A DNA stretch of 64,000 nucleotides from a virus (lineage: Duplodnaviria; Heunggongvirae; Uroviricota; Caudoviricetes), in the IMG/VR virus record IMGVR_UViG_3300033153_006865, positions 65,035 through 129,034 of that record; one strand, 5' to 3'. Positions 57,990 through 64,000 of the stretch are shown here, piece by piece (the first letter of the stretch is position 1; every line of letters begins with the position of its first letter). The notes beneath the pieces were generated by a model. The model was not told the origin of the DNA, did no database searches, and was given only the letters and a program-made list of their open reading frames with translations. A program made the position numbers and the translations under genes.

Positions 57990-58949
57990 ATGGGAGTATC
58001 AAAAGAAGCTCTGGCGAAGATCCAGAAACTGTATGGAAAAGAATCAGTTAGAAAAATGTCTGACACATCCACTGATGTAGAATTTTCATCATCAGGATCA
58101 CTTGAGTTAGACTACATAACCGGGGGAGGCTTCCCAAAAGGGAGAATAATAGAAGTCTATGGACCTGAGTCTTCTGGAAAAACAACATGTACCCTACATG
58201 CAATTGCTGAAGTACAAAAGGCTGGAGGCAATGCTGGCTTTATAGATGCTGAACATGCAATGGATCCAGCATACGCAGCCCAACTTGGAGTAAATGTGGG
58301 TGAGTTGGTTATTAGCCAACCTGATGACGGAGAGCAGGGGTTGAATATTGCAAAGGCTATGATTGAATCAGGAGAGTTCCAAATTGTAGTTATTGACTCT
58401 ACTAGTGCACTTGTCCCAAAATCTGAATTAGAAGGCGAGGTTGGAGATAGTGCAATGGGTAAACAAGCCCGGATGATGTCTCAAGCTTTGAGAATGATTA
58501 CAGCTGCGGCCAAAAATAATGGGTGTATTGTTATTTTCATATCCCAATTGAGGGAGAACATCGGCCCCTATGGCGGTCAGAAAATTGGTGTGGGAAATGC
58601 TATGAAGTTTTACGCTTCCCAAAGAATATCCATCAGAAAGTCTCAACCTATCATGGAAGGTGGTGAGGCAGTTGGACACACTATGATTTTTGAGACAAAA
58701 AAGAATAAAGTATACCCACCATTTAAAAACTGTGAGGTAATTCTACGATATGGAAAGGGCTATGATAGTGTTGGCGAAATCTTATCAGTAGGGGTTCAGT
58801 TAGAGATTTTGGAGAGGAAAGGAGCATGGTATGCCTATGAAGGTGAAAATATTGGGAATGGAAAGGAGAAGACAATTCAAATGTTAAATGACAACCCAGA
58901 GTTATTGGAAATTTTAAAAGGGAAAGTAACCGAAGCACTAAAACAATAA
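57990..58949 (+). CDS. recA: RecA recombinase
   Basis: GRIIEVYGPESSGKTT, AGFIDAEHAMDP, VVIDS, ARMMSQALR, FISQLRE, KFYASQR, KKNKVYPPF. Confidence 0.98.
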   Translation: MGVSKEALAKIQKLYGKESVRKMSDTSTDVEFSSSGSLELDYITGGGFPKGRIIEVYGPESSGKTTCTLHAIAEVQKAGGNAGFIDAEHAMDPAYAAQLGVNVGELVISQPDDGEQGLNIAKAMIESGEFQIVVIDSTSALVPKSELEGEVGDSAMGKQARMMSQALRMITAAAKNNGCIVIFISQLRENIGPYGGQKIGVGNAMKFYASQRISIRKSQPIMEGGEAVGHTMIFETKKNKVYPPFKNCEVILRYGKGYDSVGEILSVGVQLEILERKGAWYAYEGENIGNGKEKTIQMLNDNPELLEILKGKVTEALKQ

Positions 58950-58951
58950 TC

Positions 58952-59398
58952 ATGATTAACTGGAAATACAACGGGCTTGAAGTAAAAGATATATCAGATA
59001 TTCCAGAAGGAGCTGTTGGATTTATTTATTATGTAAGGAATCTGGATAATGATAAAATGTACATTGGGAAAAAGTCACTCCTCTCAACTAGAAAAAGAAA
59101 ATTTGGCAAAAAAGAGGCAGCTTTAGTAACTGACAAGAGGCTTAAGCTTTTTGAGATGGTGACAAAGGAGATGAAAGGCTGGCAAAAATATTGCGGATCC
59201 AATAAGTTACTTTCGGAAGATATCGATAATGGAGCAAACTATTATAAAGGTATTCTCCAGTACTGTTTTTCAAAAGCAGAGATGACTTACTATGAATTGA
59301 AACATCAAGTAGTAAATGGAGTTATTGAACCAGGGTCAAATTACTATAATGATAATTTATTAGGCAAGTTTTACCGAAAACACTTGGTAACAGAGTAA
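58952..59398 (+). CDS. GIY-YIG endonuclease (T4 DenA-like short form)
   Basis: GFIYYV-N...MYIGKK...WQKYCGS...YYELKHQ...YYNDNL. Confidence 0.8.
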   Translation: MINWKYNGLEVKDISDIPEGAVGFIYYVRNLDNDKMYIGKKSLLSTRKRKFGKKEAALVTDKRLKLFEMVTKEMKGWQKYCGSNKLLSEDIDNGANYYKGILQYCFSKAEMTYYELKHQVVNGVIEPGSNYYNDNLLGKFYRKHLVTE

Positions 59399-59400
59399 TA

Positions 59401-59432
59401 AAGTGGGGCCATTGAGCCTCATTTTTGTTTTT
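59401..59432 (+). terminator. Rho-independent terminator
   Basis: GTGGGGC-CATTGA-GCCTCAT (G-U pairs) then TTTTGTTTTT. Confidence 0.65.
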
Positions 59433-59444
59433 ATTTATTAATTT

Positions 59445-59476
59445 TTTGGAAGTGTGGATTTTTTACACTATGTTTG
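59445..59476 (+). promoter_or_regulatory. Promoter for the SSB-like gene
   Basis: AATTTTTTG-N20-TATGTTTG. Confidence 0.75.
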
Positions 59477-59529
59477 TAGTCACAAGTAAGAAGCGTAATA
59501 TAAACCAAACCAATAAAAAGAAACGCACT

Positions 59530-60447
59530 ATGAATATTTATTATCAATTAGAGTACGGAACAGGAAATTTATACCAATACTCAAAAACAGCTAAAGAAGG
59601 ACAAGGTTGGGAGCAACACACTTCAGAGAAAGGAACAATCTCTTTTAGAAATTATCTAAAAGTAGGTATGTTCGGAACTTACATGGGTGTGTCAATCAGG
59701 GAGTCAAATTTTAATAATCAGAAACAAGAGAACGTATCTATTAAATTTATCACACCAACCGGAGATATTGCATACGTACAGATGCCGCTATTCAACCAAA
59801 AAGGTGGCATAAATAGTTATGCCGAAAGCTTTATAGCTTACTTACCACACCTTCAAGTTGGGTATAACTATAGATTCTTCCCTTATAATATTAAGGATGA
59901 CGGAGAAGCTTATGGAAAAGTTGGTGTCTCAATTAAATATATCCTTGATGATTTTGAGACAATTAATGAAGCGTTCACTGTTGGAAGATTATCTTTTTCT
60001 TACTCAAAGAAAAATCCAGCAGTCGCTGGAGGATATGAAGCAGTTGCTGGAGATATTCCTCCAGTTACGTGGGAAGATGGTATCGGTGGGAAGATGAAAA
60101 TGAATTCCACAATCAAAGATAAATACCTATATGACACTTTGATGAATTTCAAGGTTGAGTTCGGAGGAAACGGACCAAAGACTACTACGGAGGGACCTGC
60201 ACCAACTGCATATATAAACACTGCTGATCAGGCAGCTCCGGCTCCTGTTCAACCAGCTCCTGTCCAAGCTGCACCAGCACCAGTACCAGTACCAGTACCA
60301 GTACCAGTACCAGTAGCTGTACCTGTACCTGTACCAGCACCAGCACCAGCACCAGCACCAGCACCAGCACCAGTACCAGTAGCTGTTGCTCCAGTAGCAG
60401 CCCCACAACCTGTCGGAAACATTTCATCAGACGACTTGCCATTTTAA
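59530..60447 (+). CDS. Single-stranded DNA-binding protein-like; start moved to ATG 59530
   Basis: Aromatic beta-rich N-domain, Pro/Val/Ala linker, acidic C-terminal tip SDDLPF; among recombination genes. Confidence 0.7.
   Translation: MNIYYQLEYGTGNLYQYSKTAKEGQGWEQHTSEKGTISFRNYLKVGMFGTYMGVSIRESNFNNQKQENVSIKFITPTGDIAYVQMPLFNQKGGINSYAESFIAYLPHLQVGYNYRFFPYNIKDDGEAYGKVGVSIKYILDDFETINEAFTVGRLSFSYSKKNPAVAGGYEAVAGDIPPVTWEDGIGGKMKMNSTIKDKYLYDTLMNFKVEFGGNGPKTTTEGPAPTAYINTADQAAPAPVQPAPVQAAPAPVPVPVPVPVPVAVPVPVPAPAPAPAPAPAPVPVAVAPVAAPQPVGNISSDDLPF
60270..60400 (+). repeat. Hexamer microsatellite (CCAGTA/CCAGCA/CCTGTA)
   Basis: Encodes PAPVPVPVPVPVPVAVPVPVPAPAPAPAPAPAPVPV. Confidence 0.9.
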
Positions 60448-60461
60448 AATAATATAATCAC

Positions 60462-60496
60462 AGAGGCTTGATAATAAATTTGTCAAGCCTCTTTTA
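60462..60496 (+). terminator. Rho-independent terminator after the SSB-like gene
   Basis: AGAGGCTTGA-N11-TCAAGCCTCT then TTT. Confidence 0.8.
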
Positions 60497-60510
60497 AAAA
60501 TCTAAAAACA

Positions 60511-60813
60511 ATGCCACCAAACGAAACAGCAACTCAAATAGACAAGGAAAAGGTTAAAAAAGATCAGGAGGGATATGAACTCAGGCACAGAATATTCGGA
60601 CAAATTGTTAAGGATCTTAAAAAGAGGCTCCCATCAAACTGCTCTCTTCTATCTAAATATAGAAGAGTGTCTGGAGAACATCAGATCCGAGCAATTATAA
60701 ATAAAACAGAGATTATATACACTGTACCTCAGAATTTGGAGTTTCATAAAGCACATATTAATGAACTGTTTAATCAACTAAGCGAAAAATGTTCCTCTGA
60801 TGTCGCAGCTTGA
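60511..60813 (+). CDS. Hypothetical protein (100 aa)
   Basis: ORF track; A-rich start context. Confidence 0.65.
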   Translation: MPPNETATQIDKEKVKKDQEGYELRHRIFGQIVKDLKKRLPSNCSLLSKYRRVSGEHQIRAIINKTEIIYTVPQNLEFHKAHINELFNQLSEKCSSDVAA

Positions 60814-60973
60814 GTCTAAAAAAATGTATGAGTCCCTGCTAGAGAGTGGGGACTTACTGGATTTATTCCCTATGTTATCTGGGGAATGGGATAAGGATGA
60901 AAAGGAGTTCAGGGTGCAGCAAAATCTGAACGACCAATTGGTTGATGATTTCGACCCTAACGAATTACTATAA
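60800..60973 (+). CDS. Small acidic protein (57 aa, not in track)
   Basis: MSQLESKKMYESLLESGDLLDLFPMLSGEWDKDEKEFRVQQNLNDQLVDDFDPNELL; fills the gap and ends 1 nt before the next ATG. Confidence 0.7.
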   Translation: MSQLESKKMYESLLESGDLLDLFPMLSGEWDKDEKEFRVQQNLNDQLVDDFDPNELL

Positions 60974-60974
60974 A

Positions 60975-62555
60975 ATGTCAAGAAAGAAGAGCCATAAGTT
61001 CGACATATCTAAAGTTGAACAGTTATGTAAGAATCAACCTAAGGGGGAGTTCAATGCCACAGATGTTGCAAGGAAATACTGCAAATCTAAAAATTTAGAC
61101 TATAGCGCCACCTTTGCCAGAAATATACAGAAGATAATCTCAAACCATGAGTTTCACATTGATTCTGTAAGTCCGAAAATCTCCAAGCAGTACACTACTG
61201 CCTGCAAAAGGGTATTCGTCCAAAAGAAGAGAAATACAATTATTACCTGGGCTCAAGCAAAGACACCAATACACGAAGGATTGTGGGAAAATATTAAAGC
61301 TTATGCAAAAAAGCATAAAGCAGAGATTATTGTAATACCAGGGACCTATCTTAACAATAACTCACAATACCAATTCAAAAGAGACTATGCTTGGGATGGC
61401 AGGTTAGATAAATACCTCTATGCCACAGAAGCAAACGTACACCCATTCTTATCTGTAGTAGCAGATACTGATGTTGTTCCAACAGCCAAAAGGCCACTAA
61501 ATGGATTTCATAGTGTAACCGGAATGGAGAGCAGTGTAATAGGCCACCCAAGACAACACATGCAGATTACCCCTACTATGAAAAATCGTAGGAGAAAATT
61601 TATGTTTACTACAGGCTCAGTCACTCTACCAAATTATAGAAAGGCAAGAGCTGGAAAGGAGGCAGCTGTAAACCATAAGATGGGATTCTTATTTGTAGAA
61701 AGTCTGAATGAGGAGAATTTTGTAGCTCGACATGTGAACTGTGAACCAGATGGGTCTTTTCAGGATCTTACTTGGAGAGTTGAGGGTGGAAAAGTTTCAC
61801 AACAGAGGGATTGGAGGGCTATGATTTTTGGTGATACTCATCTATCTAAGGAGGATCCACAGATGCTTGAAGAGGCGAGAAGACTTATAGGATTATCAAA
61901 CTGTGAACAAACAGTTTGGCATGATTTATTTGATGGGTATTCAATAAACCATCATCAATCAAAAGACCATGTTACTCAAGTTATAAAGGCTAAAAAAGGG
62001 TTACACAGTCTCCAAGGTGAGTTAGACAGGAGCTTCACATTTATAGAGGATTGGAAGGGTACAAACATGATCATAATACCATCAAATCATAATGATTGGC
62101 TCTGTAAGTGGGTACGACTAAACCAAGGAGTGAAAGATACTCACAATGCACCTCTGTTTAATAAGTTCCAATCCGTCCTTTTTGAGGAGGAAGCCCCTAA
62201 GGGCTTATATGCATATGCAGTTGAGGAGAAATTTGGAGATGAGGTGAATTGCCTCGAAAGAGATGTGTCGTATGAAGTGTGCGGATTCGAACTAAATAAT
62301 CATGGAGATTTGGGGTCCAATGGAGCAAAGGGGACACCTAATACTTTTGCCAAACTACCCCATCCAGTTGTGTCGGGAGATAAACATCACTGCTACACTT
62401 TAGACGAAGCTTACGGAGTGGGTGTATCAACGGTATTAGACCACGGCTATAATAGAGGAATGTCAAGCTGGGCTCAAAGTAATGGAGTAATTCTATCAAA
62501 TGGCCGATTCCAACACCTTCTATACTTTGATGGAAAATATACCAACTTGATTTAA
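60975..62555 (+). CDS. T5 A1-like metallophosphoesterase/nuclease; start moved to ATG 60975
   Basis: ITWAQAKT, VPTAKRPLNG, IGHPRQ, FTTGSVTLPNY...KARAGKEA (A1-like), plus FGDTH, HDLFDG, PSNHND, NHGD, GDKHH metal motifs. Confidence 0.75.
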   Translation: MSRKKSHKFDISKVEQLCKNQPKGEFNATDVARKYCKSKNLDYSATFARNIQKIISNHEFHIDSVSPKISKQYTTACKRVFVQKKRNTIITWAQAKTPIHEGLWENIKAYAKKHKAEIIVIPGTYLNNNSQYQFKRDYAWDGRLDKYLYATEANVHPFLSVVADTDVVPTAKRPLNGFHSVTGMESSVIGHPRQHMQITPTMKNRRRKFMFTTGSVTLPNYRKARAGKEAAVNHKMGFLFVESLNEENFVARHVNCEPDGSFQDLTWRVEGGKVSQQRDWRAMIFGDTHLSKEDPQMLEEARRLIGLSNCEQTVWHDLFDGYSINHHQSKDHVTQVIKAKKGLHSLQGELDRSFTFIEDWKGTNMIIIPSNHNDWLCKWVRLNQGVKDTHNAPLFNKFQSVLFEEEAPKGLYAYAVEEKFGDEVNCLERDVSYEVCGFELNNHGDLGSNGAKGTPNTFAKLPHPVVSGDKHHCYTLDEAYGVGVSTVLDHGYNRGMSSWAQSNGVILSNGRFQHLLYFDGKYTNLI

Positions 62556-62556
62556 A

Positions 62557-63105
62557 ATGGAAGTTTGGAAAGACATAAGAGAGGTGAAAGGGGTAGATTT
62601 TATTGGATTTTACCAAGTCAGCAGCTACGGGAGGGTTAGAAGTCTAGATAGGGTAACCCCTGATAATAGGAGTCTGAAAGGTAAGATATTATCACTGAGG
62701 AGGGCAAAAAAGTCTCCTCACAATAGGGTACATCTAGGTAAAAATGGAGTTCACAGAGAAGCAATTGTTAGTAGGCTTGTAGCTATCCACTTTATACCAA
62801 ACCCTGATAATAAGCTGTGTGCTTGTCACAAGGTAGAGTCTGACCCTATAAACGATCATGTAGACAACCTTTGGTGGGGAACTGTTCTGGAGAATATAGA
62901 AGACAAAGTTAAAAAAGGAAGGTCCGTAGGTGGAAATATTAAAATACCAGACTCTGAAATCCCAAAAATATGGGAGAGGCTGAGAGCAAAAGAATCTCCT
63001 AAAAGCATAGGAGAGGATTATGGAGTATTCCATACAGTTATCACTCGTATAAAAGGCGGTACGAGAAGAGGACGTGTAACATCAAAATTGAAACCATTAC
63101 AATAG
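62557..63105 (+). CDS. NUMOD4-HNH homing endonuclease
   Basis: EVWKDI...FYQVSSYGRVRSLDR; RLVAIHFIPNP...ACHK...DHVDNLWWGT..EN. Confidence 0.9.
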   Translation: MEVWKDIREVKGVDFIGFYQVSSYGRVRSLDRVTPDNRSLKGKILSLRRAKKSPHNRVHLGKNGVHREAIVSRLVAIHFIPNPDNKLCACHKVESDPINDHVDNLWWGTVLENIEDKVKKGRSVGGNIKIPDSEIPKIWERLRAKESPKSIGEDYGVFHTVITRIKGGTRRGRVTSKLKPLQ

Positions 63106-63128
63106 AACAAATTTAAAAATAACAAACT

Positions 63129-64000
63129 ATGAATGACATTCTTTTTAAAGAAGACTCAATAAACGCATTAAAAGTTGGGATAGACAAACTAGCAAAGACT
63201 GTGAGGATAACTGCCGGACCAATGGGTAAAAATGTAGTAATTGACAAAGGTAATGGGGCTACAGACATTACCAATGATGGAGTGACGGTAGCGAGATCAA
63301 TCACTTTATCAGATCCTGTTGAGAATATGGGGGCGCACATGGTAAAAGAAGTTGCCACTGATACCGAGACGATAGCAGGAGACGGAACCACAACGGCTAT
63401 TATATTACTTCAGGCAATGGTTGAAGGAGGTGTGAAACATGCTTCTCTTGGAAGCAACGTGATGGATATTAAGAAAGGAATGGATATAGCAGTACATCAG
63501 TTAGTAGCAGCTCTTGAGAAAGCAGCTGTATCGATTGACACTGATCCAAAGGCAGTAATTAAAGTGGCCACCATATCTGCAAACAATGATGAGACTCTTG
63601 GAAGTTTAATTGCTGAGGCATTTCACCATGTTGGAAACCATGGGGTCATTTCTGTGGAAAATTCAAATACAATCAAAACTGATTTAATGATTGTCGAAGG
63701 TATGAGAATTGATAGGGGGTGGATGTCTCCTTATTTCATGACCGATCAAAGAACCGGAGATGCTGTATTAGAGGACCCTTATATCTTAGTTACAGACTCG
63801 AAGATAATGAGTCCAATGGAATTGAATGCTGCAATTGAGCTTGTCCCGGAGGGATCCCCAATTGTGCTTTTCGTTGATGATATTGAAGCTACTGCCTTAT
63901 CTGGTATAATTTTATATCACACGCAGCAGAAATTAAACATGACCTGTGTAAAAACACCAGGATTTGGAGATTCAAAAATTGATCTTACAGGAGACTTATG
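63129..64000 (+). CDS. groEL: GroEL/Cpn60 chaperonin (runs off window; not in track)
   Basis: My translation: TAGPMGKNVVI, ITNDGVTVARSI, AGDGTTTA, ATISANND, EGMRIDRGWMSPYF, VKTPGFGD; open to 64000. Confidence 0.95.
   Translation, partial: MNDILFKEDSINALKVGIDKLAKTVRITAGPMGKNVVIDKGNGATDITNDGVTVARSITLSDPVENMGAHMVKEVATDTETIAGDGTTTAIILLQAMVEGGVKHASLGSNVMDIKKGMDIAVHQLVAALEKAAVSIDTDPKAVIKVATISANNDETLGSLIAEAFHHVGNHGVISVENSNTIKTDLMIVEGMRIDRGWMSPYFMTDQRTGDAVLEDPYILVTDSKIMSPMELNAAIELVPEGSPIVLFVDDIEATALSGIILYHTQQKLNMTCVKTPGFGDSKIDLTGDL

Noticed and set aside
60127-60442. Minus-strand ORFs with WCWCWY and VLVLV repeats
   Set aside because: Reverse-frame readings of the hexamer repeat encoding the Pro-rich linker.
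63113-63391. Minus-strand 92-aa ORF in the track
   Set aside because: Antisense to the GroEL frame, which the track missed because it has no stop in the window.
455-64000. Stop-codon reassignment as in some crAss-like phages
   Set aside because: Genes are long and densely packed in the standard code, and TAG and TGA act as real stops at several gene ends.
1-64000. tRNA or rRNA genes
   Set aside because: No cloverleaf or T-loop pattern recognised in the intergenic gaps by eye; a tRNAscan/ARAGORN run would be decisive.

Overview
This 64 kb window is part of a tailed-phage genome with crAss-like gene order (Crassvirales-related podophage of a Bacteroidota host; the flavobacterial assignment is an inference). 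Bases ~1-56,800 are a leftward (minus-strand) virion block. Read in transcription order it holds: HU/IHF-like and small genes, terminase large subunit, portal, scaffold-position gene (split by a 49-bp duplication), major capsid protein, ring and auxiliary capsid genes, tail fibres, an embedded lysis cassette, Cys-rich tail proteins, ring/IHF/ring, a 1976-aa muzzle/stabilisation protein, and eight ejected 'cargo'-type proteins. From ~57,100 a rightward block encodes an HTH protein, RecA, a GIY-YIG nuclease, an SSB-like protein, a T5 A1-like phosphoesterase, an HNH endonuclease and GroEL (cut by the window end). The standard genetic code fits. About 13 Bacteroidota-type promoters (TTTG-N19/20-TAnnTTTG) are visible, many abutting an ATG. 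The strongest unexplained signal is in the cargo block. By manual scan its ~6,830 residues hold only four cysteines, all at the facing termini of three giant proteins (1620 aa C-end, 843 aa N- and C-ends, 1897 aa N-end). The two N-terminal Cys sit in a shared paralogous domain, suggesting a head-to-tail covalent chain of ejected proteins that also carries a GNAT acetyltransferase. All functional calls come from motif reading and synteny; no database searches were run.
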